Source: Myxococcota bacterium (lineage in GTDB: Bacteria; Myxococcota_A; UBA796; SXON01). Taken from it: a stretch of 53,767 bases of DNA. How positions within the stretch are numbered: position 1 is the stretch's first letter; the number at the start of each line of letters is the position of its first letter. The position numbers and the translations under genes were made by a program. Below, piece by piece: positions 18,803 to 28,048 of the stretch. The stretch lies in NCBI GenBank assembly GCA_040386535.1, contig JAZKFH010000028.1:1-53767 (forward strand). The letters are read 5' to 3'. The notes beneath the pieces are model-generated. The model saw only the letters and a program-made list of their open reading frames with translations. It was not told the DNA's origin and made no database searches.

Positions 18803-19918
18803 ATGAACCTCGTTCTGCTCCCTCCGTCTGTCGCGCCGCGCCTCGGTCGCGCCGCCTTTCACCCCGCTTGCGCCGTGCTGATCGCGCTGCTCGCCGGCTG
18901 CTCCGCCGACCCGGCGGTGCCCGCGGCGCAGGCCGCCGCCGTCACCCCGGTCACGCTACGAACCGCGACTGCCGAGGCCGTCGGCTACCGGCCCACGACC
19001 GAGCTCACCGGCTCGCTCGAGCCCATCGCGTCAGTGCAGCTCGGGTTTGACGTGCCCGGCCGCATCGAGGCGATCCTGGTCCCGCGCGGCGGCACGGTGA
19101 AGAAGGGCGAGGCCATCGCCCGCCTCGACAACGCCATCGCCTCCGCCCAGCTCGCCCAGGCCGAGGCCGCCCTCGCTGGCGCCGCCGCCCAGGTCGCCGC
19201 GGGCGAGTCCGCGTTCGCCCGCGTCACGACGCTGAACGACGCCGGCGGCGTCTCCAAGCAGCAGTTCATGGACGCCGAAGCCGGCGTGCTCGCCGGGCGC
19301 GCCGGGGTCGACCAGGCCACCGCCGCCGTCCGCATGGCCCGCGCCAACCTCGGCTACCACACGCTCCGCGCCCCGATCGACGGCGTCGTGACCAACGGCC
19401 CCGACAACGCCGGCATGCTCGTCGGCGCGGGCACGCCGCTGTTCGTCGTCGAGGACCTCTCGGCGCTCCAGTTCAAGGCCACCGCCCCCGAGACCGCCGC
19501 GTGGATCCGCGCCGATCTGCCCGCGCTGGTCCTCCCGGGCACCCCCGGCGTGCTCGGCGGCGCCCCCGCCAAGGTCGTCCGCGTCCTCCCCTCGCTCGAC
19601 CCCGCCACCCGCCGCATCCCGGTCGAGGTGCGCATCGACTCCCCGCCCCCCACCGTGCGCGCCCACGCGTTCGCCCGCGTGCGCATTGAGGCCGGCGAGG
19701 ACGTCGCCGCCGTGTCGGTGCCGAAGGGCGCGGTCATCGCGCGGCCCGACTTCTGCGTGATCGTCCAGGACGCCGCCTCCGGGACGACCGACGGTGCGGT
19801 CCGCAAGGTCGCCGTCGAGGTGCTCGCCGAACGCGACGGCAAGTCCATCGTGCGCGGCCTCGGGCTCGACGCCGGCGCGGTCGTCGTGGTCGATCCGCCC
19901 AACGGCCTGGGAGAGTAG
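18803..19918 (+). CDS. RND efflux periplasmic adaptor (MFP) lipoprotein
   Basis: LLAGC lipobox, GRIEAI..GGTVKKGEAIARLD, coiled hairpin, LRAPIDGVV. Confidence 0.9.
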   Translation: MNLVLLPPSVAPRLGRAAFHPACAVLIALLAGCSADPAVPAAQAAAVTPVTLRTATAEAVGYRPTTELTGSLEPIASVQLGFDVPGRIEAILVPRGGTVKKGEAIARLDNAIASAQLAQAEAALAGAAAQVAAGESAFARVTTLNDAGGVSKQQFMDAEAGVLAGRAGVDQATAAVRMARANLGYHTLRAPIDGVVTNGPDNAGMLVGAGTPLFVVEDLSALQFKATAPETAAWIRADLPALVLPGTPGVLGGAPAKVVRVLPSLDPATRRIPVEVRIDSPPPTVRAHAFARVRIEAGEDVAAVSVPKGAVIARPDFCVIVQDAASGTTDGAVRKVAVEVLAERDGKSIVRGLGLDAGAVVVVDPPNGLGE

Positions 19919-22900
19919 ATGAACATCTCCGACATCGCGATTCGGCGCCCGGTCTTCACCGCGATGCTGTCGGTGGCCATCCTCGTGATGGGGTTCCTCT
20001 CGCTCGGCCGCCTCGGCACCGATCTGTACCCGCCGGTCGCCTTCCCCTTCATGACCGTCCAGGTCGTGTACCCGGGCGCCAGCCCCGCCGACATCGAGCG
20101 CGACGTGACGCGTCCCATCGAGGACGCGGTCGCCGGCATCTCCGGCATCGAGACGCTCCAGGGCTTCGCGCGGGACAGCTACACGCTCCTGCTCCTCAAG
20201 TTCGCGATGGGCACCGATCTGGAGGCCGCCACCAACGCCGTGCGCGACCGCATCGGCGCCGTCGAGGGCAAGCTCCCCGCCGGCGCGGAGAAGCCGGTCA
20301 TCCAGCAGATCGACATCGGCGCCCTCCCCGTGGTCGTGCTCGCGCTCTCCAGCAACGGCTCCGTCAACGAGACCCGCGCGATGGCCGACGAGCGCCTGCG
20401 CCCGTTCCTGGAGCAGGTGCCCGGGGTCGGCGCGGTCAACGTCATCGGCGGCCAGGACCGCGAGGTGCAGGTCAACCTCGACCTGGATCGCCTCCGCGCG
20501 CTCGATCTCGCCCCCGCCGACATCGCCCAGCGCATCGGCTACGAGAACGTGTCCGTGCCCGTCGGCTCCTTCAACTCCGGCGCGTTCGACGTGGCGATCC
20601 GCGCCGAGGGCCAGCTCAGCTCGGTCGACGATCTCAAGAGTGTCGTCGTGTCGATGACACGCGAGGGCAAGCAGGTGCGCCTCGGCGAGGTCGCCGACGT
20701 GATCGACGGCTGGAGCGACGCCCAGCGCTACGTGCGCAACAACGGCCGCTCCGCGGTGGCGCTCGAGATCGTCAAGAAGTCGGGTGCCAACACCGTCGCC
20801 GTTGCCGATGGCGCCATGGCCGCCCTCGCCGAGGTCATCCCCACGCTCGGCAGCGGCGCCGCCTACGAGATCATCTCCGACCAGTCCCGCGACGTGCGCG
20901 CCAACGCCCACGAGGTGTGGATCGCCATCTTCTTCGGCGGCGCGATGGCGATCTTCGTCATCTATTTCTTCCTGCTCGACCTGCGCGGCACGATGATCAG
21001 CGCCCTCGCGCTCCCGACGTCCATCGTCGGCACCTTCGCCGCGATGTACGCGCTCGGCTTCTCGCTCAACATGATGACGCTCATCGGCATGAGCCTCGCC
21101 ATCGGCCTGCTCATCGACGACGCGGTGGTCGTGCGCGAGAGCATCACGCGCCGCCTCGAGGCGGGCGATTCTCCGGCCGAGGCCGCCTCCCGGGGGACCC
21201 GCGAGGTCGCGCTGGCCGTGCTCGCCACCACCTTGTCGCTCGTGGCCGTGTTCGTACCCGTCGCCTTCATGAGCGGCATCGTCGGCCAGTTCTTCAAGCA
21301 GTTCGGCCTCACCATCGCCGTAGCCGTGCTCCTCTCGCTCTTCGTGGCGTTCACCCTCGATCCGATGCTCTCCGCGCGGCTCTCCACGCGCGTCCACCAC
21401 GGCAAGCGCAAGGGCCTCGCCGGGGTCATCGAGCGCTTCCTCGACGCGGTGGACGACCGCTACCGCCGCATGCTCGAGTGGGTGCTCGGCCACCAGTGGA
21501 CCACGGTCGGCGTGACCGTGCTCCTGCTCCTCGCCACCGTCGGCATCGCGCTGCAGTTGCCGACCGAGTTCATGCCGAAGGAGGACCGCGGCGAGATCTT
21601 CGCCGACGTGCGCCTGCCCGTCGGGACCGACCTCGAAGTGACCGACGCCGTGTCACGCAAGGTCGAGGCCGACCTCTTGACCCTGCCCGGCATCGAGCGC
21701 GTGTACAGCATCGTCGGCCACGAGAACCAGCCCAACCGCGTACGTTTCCGCATCCGTGCGATCGACAAGTCCCAGCGCACCGATCCGCTCTCCGTCTACG
21801 AGAACGCCGTGCGCGAGCGGCTCGACCAGGTGCCCCAGGCCGAGGTCACCCTCTCAGCGCCCGGCTTCATCGAGGGCCTCGGCGACTGGCCGCCCATCCT
21901 CCTCATCATCCAGGGCGAGGATCTCGACGGCCTGCTCGCCGAGGGTGAACGTCTCAAGGCGATGATGCAGGCGGTGCCCGGCACCTCCGACGTGCGGCTC
22001 ACCATCGAGCCCGGCCAGCCCGAGCTCACCGTGCGCATCGACCGCGCCGTCGCCTCCGATCGCGGCATCCCCGCGGGCCTCGCCGGCTCCATGGCCCGCC
22101 TCCTCGTCGAGGGCGAGCTGGTCGGCACCCTGCGTGACGGCGGCGACGAGGCCGACATCCGCGTGCGCGCCGCCCGCCGCTTCACCGACGATCTCGACGC
22201 CCTGCGCGCCCTCCCCGTCCCCAGCCCCCGCGGCCTCGTGACGCTCGGCGAGATCGCCAGCGTCGAGATGGGCGCCGGCGCCTCCGAGATCGCGCGCTAC
22301 AACCGCATGCGCTCGGTCACCGTCACCTCCCAGGTGGCGAACGGCGCCGCCCTCGGCGCCGTGGTCGAGGGCTTCAACGCCGCGTTGTTCCAGGCCCCCC
22401 TCCCCGACGGCTACTTCCTCACGCTCGACGGCCAGGCCAAGGACATGACCGAGACCGCCGGCGCCATGGGCCTCGCCATCGGCGTCGCGGCGATCTTCGT
22501 GTTCATGGTGCTCGCCAGCCAGTTCGAGAGCCTGCTCCACCCCTTCACCCTGCTCATCTCCGTGCCGCTGGCGATGGTCGGCGCCTTCCTGGGCCTGTTC
22601 GTCGCCGGCCAGAGCATCTCCATGGGCTCCCAAATCGGCATCATCCTGCTGATGGGCCTCGTGACCAAGAACGCAATCTTGTTGGTCGACGGCGCGCTCC
22701 AATTCATCCGCGAAGGACACACCGCCGAGGACGCCATCCGTTTGGCCGGCCCCCGTCGTTTGCGTCCCATCCTCATGACCTCCGCGGCCATGGTGCTCGG
22801 CATGATCCCCACCGCCATCGGCTCCGGCGTCGGCTCCGAGTTCCGCGCGCCCATGGCGGTGTCGGTCATCGGCGGCGTGCTCTCCTCCACCGTCCTGACC

Positions 22901-23023
22901 GTGTTCGTCGTGCCCGTCGCCTTCCTGTGGGTCGAGCGCCAGAGCGCGCGCCTCGGGGCGTTGTGGGTGCGGTTCAATCCGGATTCGGTGCCGGTGGCGG
23001 TCGAGGATACGGCGGCCAAGTAG
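19919..23023 (+). CDS. RND efflux permease (AcrB/MdtBC family)
   Basis: 1034 aa; IRRPV, GLLIDDAVVVRE, GLVTKNAILLVD, RLRPILMT. Confidence 0.95.
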   Translation: MNISDIAIRRPVFTAMLSVAILVMGFLSLGRLGTDLYPPVAFPFMTVQVVYPGASPADIERDVTRPIEDAVAGISGIETLQGFARDSYTLLLLKFAMGTDLEAATNAVRDRIGAVEGKLPAGAEKPVIQQIDIGALPVVVLALSSNGSVNETRAMADERLRPFLEQVPGVGAVNVIGGQDREVQVNLDLDRLRALDLAPADIAQRIGYENVSVPVGSFNSGAFDVAIRAEGQLSSVDDLKSVVVSMTREGKQVRLGEVADVIDGWSDAQRYVRNNGRSAVALEIVKKSGANTVAVADGAMAALAEVIPTLGSGAAYEIISDQSRDVRANAHEVWIAIFFGGAMAIFVIYFFLLDLRGTMISALALPTSIVGTFAAMYALGFSLNMMTLIGMSLAIGLLIDDAVVVRESITRRLEAGDSPAEAASRGTREVALAVLATTLSLVAVFVPVAFMSGIVGQFFKQFGLTIAVAVLLSLFVAFTLDPMLSARLSTRVHHGKRKGLAGVIERFLDAVDDRYRRMLEWVLGHQWTTVGVTVLLLLATVGIALQLPTEFMPKEDRGEIFADVRLPVGTDLEVTDAVSRKVEADLLTLPGIERVYSIVGHENQPNRVRFRIRAIDKSQRTDPLSVYENAVRERLDQVPQAEVTLSAPGFIEGLGDWPPILLIIQGEDLDGLLAEGERLKAMMQAVPGTSDVRLTIEPGQPELTVRIDRAVASDRGIPAGLAGSMARLLVEGELVGTLRDGGDEADIRVRAARRFTDDLDALRALPVPSPRGLVTLGEIASVEMGAGASEIARYNRMRSVTVTSQVANGAALGAVVEGFNAALFQAPLPDGYFLTLDGQAKDMTETAGAMGLAIGVAAIFVFMVLASQFESLLHPFTLLISVPLAMVGAFLGLFVAGQSISMGSQIGIILLMGLVTKNAILLVDGALQFIREGHTAEDAIRLAGPRRLRPILMTSAAMVLGMIPTAIGSGVGSEFRAPMAVSVIGGVLSSTVLTVFVVPVAFLWVERQSARLGALWVRFNPDSVPVAVEDTAAK

Positions 23024-23044
23024 GCTTGGTTGGGAGAGCGGGTT

Positions 23045-23102
23045 TGGGCGACCGGCGCTGGGCGCGGTGCCCGGCGCGGCGCCGACCGCGCCCGGTGGGC
23101 GG
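23045..23102. repeat. Dispersed hairpin repeat (family D), copy 2
   Basis: TGGGCGACC..CGC.GGGCGCGGTGCCCGGCGC..GGCGCCGACCGCGCCCGGTG.GCGG; aligns with 32753-32818. Confidence 0.7.
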
Positions 23103-23133
23103 TGGGGTGCTGAAAGGCGAGGGGCGCCGTTTC

Positions 23134-23952
23134 CTACAGGAACGTGCCCCGGACCCGACCAATCTCCACGCTCTCCCGGGGGCGTACGACAAGGAGCGCG
23201 TCGAGCACCTCATCCAGCCCGCCGTAACGGTGCAACGCGTCCAACGTGTCACCCACCACCGTGTCTCGGGCGCGACTCCAGGCAACCGCACCGACAACGT
23301 CTTCACGGCCGACGTCGCGGAGGAAGGACCGCAACTCTTCCGGATCGAACAAGCGGGCCAGGAGCTCACGGAGGGCACGTCTCGCGCTCGCGCGGTCCGA
23401 CGGCGGCGCGCTCATCGCCCCGAGTCCCACCACAGCCGCGGTGAACGCGGGACTCACGTCCACGCCCCCAAGCGCAGCGGCGCCAAGGGGAGGCACGGAC
23501 GTCTCCACCTCGCCACGCAGGCGCCGCTCCAGCCGCGAGAGCTCCGCCTCGGTCGAGAGGTCGTGCCCCGCGAGGTGTGCAAGCACGCGCGGGACGTTGG
23601 CCCTATCGGCGTCGGAAAACCAGACGGGCACAAACTCCCGCGTGTCCGTGTTGCGCCCGCCCTGCGCATAGAGGTCGTTCCGGGCGAGGACGCTCTCCCA
23701 CGTCACGCCGCCGGTAGCGTCGGGGGCCTCAAAGCGCTGCCGATACCGAGGTGTGCAGACCACGAGCACGAAGCGCGCGACATCAAGTTGTTCCTCCATC
23801 CAGCGCGGCCAGCCTTGCTTGGGGTAGGGCTCGAACCGATCGATCCACGCATCGAGCGAGGCGTGACGAAGGCGTTCCGCCAAGCTGCGCACCCGCTCGC
23901 GGTGGGCCTCAGAGTCGTGGCTATAGCTGATGAAGACGCGCGTCGGTGTCAT
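23134..23952 (-). CDS. SEFIR/TIR-domain protein with C-terminal helical EAD/death-like domain
   Basis: RVFISYSHDS..H...V..LAERL...AWIDRF...GWPRWMEEQL..ARFVLVVCT..Y...GVTWE; the C-terminal ~80 aa align with the N-terminus of the neighbouring ATPase. Confidence 0.88.
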   Translation of the reverse strand: MTPTRVFISYSHDSEAHRERVRSLAERLRHASLDAWIDRFEPYPKQGWPRWMEEQLDVARFVLVVCTPRYRQRFEAPDATGGVTWESVLARNDLYAQGGRNTDTREFVPVWFSDADRANVPRVLAHLAGHDLSTEAELSRLERRLRGEVETSVPPLGAAALGGVDVSPAFTAAVVGLGAMSAPPSDRASARRALRELLARLFDPEELRSFLRDVGREDVVGAVAWSRARDTVVGDTLDALHRYGGLDEVLDALLVVRPRESVEIGRVRGTFL

Positions 23953-24038
23953 GTCGCTCGCTAACCAGTCTTTGTGCGGCGGCCGACCTCACGCCGCAGC
24001 GCGTGCTCCCGACGCGTTAGGTCGTCACGGGAGCGTGC

Positions 24039-26525
24039 ATGGCGAAGCCCGCGGTTCGGGAGCTGATTGCGTACCTGGAGAGGAAGTTCTCTGCTGACGA
24101 TCTACATCGGCTCGTAGACGAGATTGACGACGCGGAGGATCTGGCCCGAGGAATCACGTGGGACCAGCCGATCCTGCGACTCACGCGCGATGTCGTAGGG
24201 GCGTTGGAGCGCTACGACCTGCTGGACGAGGGGTTCTTCACCACGCTGGTCCGGATTCGCCCCCGTCAAGAGGCAGAGATCCTCCGCATCGCCGAGAAGA
24301 TCGGCCGGCTGCCGCAGAAGGCCACTCCGCCTCGCCCGGAACCCATCCCGGAGCCGGCGCGGACTACTCCAATCCCGTACGTCGTCCCGTTCGCGTCCAA
24401 GGGCGCGGGGCTCGTAGGGCGCGACCGCGCCCTCGACGACGTCCGCACCCGCCTGCTGCGGCCTACCCGCTTGACCTCCGCGGTCGCGTTCACGGGCGTT
24501 GGCGGATTGGGAAAGACCCAGCTCGCCGCCGAATACGCGCACCGCTGGCAAGCCGAGTACCCGGGCGGGCTGTTCTGGCTCACGATGGATGCCGAGCTGG
24601 CGCCCCAGCTCCAGCGCCTCGTGGAAGACGCCGGCTGGGTGCACCCCAACGCGGAGCCGGTGTCGAAGATCGCCGAGGCGAGGATACGTCTTCCGTCCCT
24701 TGATCACGCACTCATCGTGCTGGACAACGTGGAAGAGGCCGCCGACGTCATCGAGCTACTTCCAGCCGGCGCTCGCTCGCATGTGATCATCACGAGCAGG
24801 GAGCCGCTTGATCTACCCCGGTTCCGGCAGGAGATCGTCGCAGTGCGGCCACTCGAAGCCGACGACACCTGGCTGCTCCTCGAGCGCGAATCCAGACGTC
24901 CCCTCGAGGCTCGCCGGGACGAGCCCTGGGTAGCGCGCTTCCTCGAACAGCTGGACGGCCTGCCCCTCGCGATCGAGCTCGCGGGAGCGTACCTGCGGGC
25001 CAACGAGGGGATCGGCGTGGAAGACTACGCCGAGTTGCTTGACCGCGCGGGCCTCGACGCCGATGTGCTGTCCGATCCAACCGTCGTCAATGCCAGCACG
25101 ACCGGTCATGACGCCGACCTGCGCGCCGCCCTGCGCGTCAGCACGCGGCTCCTGGAAGGGAACGCCCAGCTGAGCGCAGTCCTTGAAGTGCTCGCTTGGA
25201 GTGGTCCCACGGCGATGGGGAGGCCGCTCCTAGCGCGGGTCCTCGCGGTCGAGGAGACAGACCTCGTTGGTGCGCTCGGCTTGGGCGAGCGCCTTCAACT
25301 CCTGCGGCTCGAGGGGAACCGCCGCTACCGGTTGCACCGGCTGGTGCGGCTGGTGCTCCGCGAGCAACTGGTGATGGAGCTTGAAACTGACCACGACCGC
25401 GCGAAGCGGCTCGAAGCGTGGTTTACCGAGCGCCGGGAAGAGTTCGGCAACCTTCCGATGTTCGAGGCGGAGCACGACCACCTCGATGCCTGGCAGCGCC
25501 GTGCGGAGGAGCGGGGGTGGTGGCGCGAGGCAGCAGCGCTAGCGTGGTTGCAGGGGTATCCGCCATTCCACTGGGGGCGTATGGTAGAGGCCTACCAAAG
25601 TGTCGCGCGGGCTGTCGCCTTGATGCCGCGGGTGGCTGTTGCCGACCCGTTGTTGGAGGGGCGAATCCTAACGGACATGGGGACGTGCGAGTCATTCTGT
25701 GGCACCAACAGCCGGGCGGAGGACTATGTGCAACGGGCTCTTGGCCGCCTGCGACGGCTGGCCGGCGCAAATAGGGACTTAGCTCGTGTCGCAGGGAATG
25801 CGGCGATTGATCGGGCATCTTCGGGGAGCCTTGAGGATGCGACGGCGTACGCGCAGGAGGCGCGCGTCGCCGCCGAAGATCTTCCCCCGGGAGACCTTGT
25901 GCGCGCTGAGGCGGCTAGAGCCATGGCCCATGTACTCCGTAGCGGCGAGCACAGGGATGACGCGCTCCGCGTTTGCCAGTCGGCACTGCAAGAACTGGTG
26001 CCGTTGTTAGGGGAGAACCATCAAAGCGTACTGAATTTACGGGTCCAGGAAGCGAAAGCAGTTCTCGGAAGCGACAACGCTCTGAGCCTTGCGCATGCCG
26101 TTCGGGCGCAGCAGGTAATGGTGAGTCCTCACGACTTGTTACGCCTCGGATCCATTGAAATTTTACTCGGTGAACTTCATAAAGGTGCGGCCGAAGCAAC
26201 TGTGGATACCGACCGGACCGCGCTAGTGGAGCACCTTGACGCGGCGGTGCGGCATTACCGCTCGGCTGCTACCCTGGGAGCCAAGGCCACCGGTTCGCGC
26301 TCGGAGAGCGTGGCATCTGTGCGCTATCATTTAGCCGACGCCCAATGGAGCCTCGGCGAGGAAACCGGCAACCCTCGCCATCACCAGGATGCGATTGAGG
26401 CCGTCGAGGCGGGGCTCCGCGAATGTCCACGTAGCACAAGCACCTACGCCAACCTCCAATCCATGCGGAGCGCTTTCCGGCGCGCCAAGATTCCCGGCGT
26501 CCGCTTCTCTAGTTCCGACCGCTGA
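24039..26525 (+). CDS. NB-ARC (AP-ATPase/STAND) NLR-like protein: N-terminal EAD/death-like domain, NB-ARC, TPR-like repeats
   Basis: LVGRD, Walker A GVGGLGKT, Walker B LIVLDNV, VIITSR, GLPLAI, LHRLV, then a helical-repeat C-terminus; codon usage is visibly more AT-rich than the flanks. Confidence 0.9.
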   Translation: MAKPAVRELIAYLERKFSADDLHRLVDEIDDAEDLARGITWDQPILRLTRDVVGALERYDLLDEGFFTTLVRIRPRQEAEILRIAEKIGRLPQKATPPRPEPIPEPARTTPIPYVVPFASKGAGLVGRDRALDDVRTRLLRPTRLTSAVAFTGVGGLGKTQLAAEYAHRWQAEYPGGLFWLTMDAELAPQLQRLVEDAGWVHPNAEPVSKIAEARIRLPSLDHALIVLDNVEEAADVIELLPAGARSHVIITSREPLDLPRFRQEIVAVRPLEADDTWLLLERESRRPLEARRDEPWVARFLEQLDGLPLAIELAGAYLRANEGIGVEDYAELLDRAGLDADVLSDPTVVNASTTGHDADLRAALRVSTRLLEGNAQLSAVLEVLAWSGPTAMGRPLLARVLAVEETDLVGALGLGERLQLLRLEGNRRYRLHRLVRLVLREQLVMELETDHDRAKRLEAWFTERREEFGNLPMFEAEHDHLDAWQRRAEERGWWREAAALAWLQGYPPFHWGRMVEAYQSVARAVALMPRVAVADPLLEGRILTDMGTCESFCGTNSRAEDYVQRALGRLRRLAGANRDLARVAGNAAIDRASSGSLEDATAYAQEARVAAEDLPPGDLVRAEAARAMAHVLRSGEHRDDALRVCQSALQELVPLLGENHQSVLNLRVQEAKAVLGSDNALSLAHAVRAQQVMVSPHDLLRLGSIEILLGELHKGAAEATVDTDRTALVEHLDAAVRHYRSAATLGAKATGSRSESVASVRYHLADAQWSLGEETGNPRHHQDAIEAVEAGLRECPRSTSTYANLQSMRSAFRRAKIPGVRFSSSDR

Positions 26526-26662
26526 GCGGAGGTCAAGCCCGTCGTGCACAACATCGATCGTCACGCCGGCGCCCGAGGGCAGCGCCCGCCAGAACGAGCC
26601 CGGATGTTTCGGCCCCGTGACCGCGTAGAGCACCCGCGCGAGGGCGTCCGCAAGGCGGCGCG

Positions 26663-26807
26663 GGCCGCCCGATCGCCCAACGCCGCAGGCGACGCCACCG
26701 TCGTATCGCCCGCGCCGGTCGGCCCGCGCGCGGCGGGCGGACGGAGCGGCTCGGCCGCGACCCTGGAGGCCGCCCGACCCCGACCGTCCGCGGGCGGGGT
26801 CGCGCCC
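26663..26807. repeat. Diverged copy of element A
   Basis: Shares GGCCGCCCGATCGCCCA, GACGGAGCG, CGCGACCC..GGAGGCCG and the terminal TCCG-loop hairpin ending GGGGTCGCGCC with 6921-7089. Confidence 0.6.
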
Positions 26808-26827
26808 AAACGTGCATTCGAGGTCCC

Positions 26828-27020
26828 GCGGCAACAACTCACCGGCTCGATAGCGAGCCCCCACGTTGTTGCCGCAGTTGTTGCCATCTGGGCCCCGCCG
26901 CCAACGTTGGCCCCGACGAATGCCACATTCCCGGCGTTCACCCGTTGCCCGCTCGCCACCCGCAGCGCCGGGGCGGCAACAACTCGGAGGCTCGACGGCG
27001 AGCCCCCGAGTTTTTGCCGT
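26828..27020. repeat. Two 48-bp nested palindromes (family C) at 26828-26875 and 26973-27020
   Basis: GCGGCAACAAC..GGCTCG-N4-CGAGCC..GTTGTTGCCGC and a near-identical second copy. Confidence 0.8.
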
Positions 27021-27097
27021 TGCGTCACGACGCCACCGAATTGCGCCCCTTGCACCCTGTTGACACACCCCCGCCCCACCGGTGCCATCCTCTCCTG

Positions 27098-27886
27098 GTG
27101 CCCCACCAACTCCCCCCCGCCCTCCTCCAACGCCGCGCCCAGGTGCGGCGAACTGCGTGGCGGGCCGCCGCCCTCACGATCGGCGTGGCGGGCTGCGCGT
27201 GGTGGGAGCAGTGGCCGCTCTTCTGGCACTGGCCCCGGAACGAGCACTACTGGCTGCTGCTCACCCCCAGCGGGATGGCCTGTTTCATCGCCGTCGACGC
27301 CGCTTGGATCGCGCTCACGGCGTTCGGATCCCGCCTCGCCGCGTTGGCGATCCTGCTCGGCGGCGCCGGCCCGCGACTGCTCCTCGGCGCCACGGTCGAC
27401 GGTTGGTTGGCATGGGGAGAGTCGCCGCCGATGCGGTGTGATCCCAACGCCTCCGACGAGGTCTCCCCCGCAGGCGTAATCACATGGTCCCCCGTCCCCG
27501 CCATTTGCGTCCCCGGGGCCGGTCGCCTGGTGCGCCGTCAGCGGCCGCGCCACCGACCTTGCCGTCCGCCTGCGCGGCCCCCCGCCCCACGCCGTCGAGA
27601 CCCCTGGCGCGAGCCAACTCGCCGCGATCAAAGCCGGTGCCAGCCCGTTCGTCGACGAGGCGACATGGCGGGCCCTGTACCCGCTGCTCGCCCAGCACCG
27701 GGACCAAATGACCGCCATCAACGCGCGTATTGGCATTCCCGAGCCGACCGGCCCCGGATTTCCCTACGCCTGGGCCCGTTTCGATCCCCAATCTGGCCCG
27801 ACCACGTTTGGATCTCGAGTCCCACCGGCGAGGCGGTGGTCTCCATCGTCACGCGGGACCACGGAGAGAGCTGGTACACGCAGTAA
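27098..27886 (+). pseudogene. Membrane protein gene with two compensating frameshifts (or indel errors)
   Basis: Hydrophobic Trp-rich N-terminus in one frame; the GC3-biased protein-like reading shifts frame at ~27520 (VAWCAVSGRATDL...) and returns at ~27790 (DHVWISSPTGEAVV...TAA). Confidence 0.45.
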
Positions 27887-28048
27887 CGGTCGGCGCGGCG
27901 GGCCCACACCCTCGCGCGCGCGCCGAAGGTTTCGCCCTGGGCGGAACGCCGAGCGCCGGTTCCAACCGCCAAAATCCCGGCACCACCGAGCCGTTTCGCG
28001 CCGCGAAACGGGCGCACACGTGCTACCTTCGCCGGCACTCCCCCGGGC

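Noticed and set aside
18803..23023. RND pair lacking an outer-membrane factor
   Set aside because: Common; a TolC-like partner is often encoded elsewhere.
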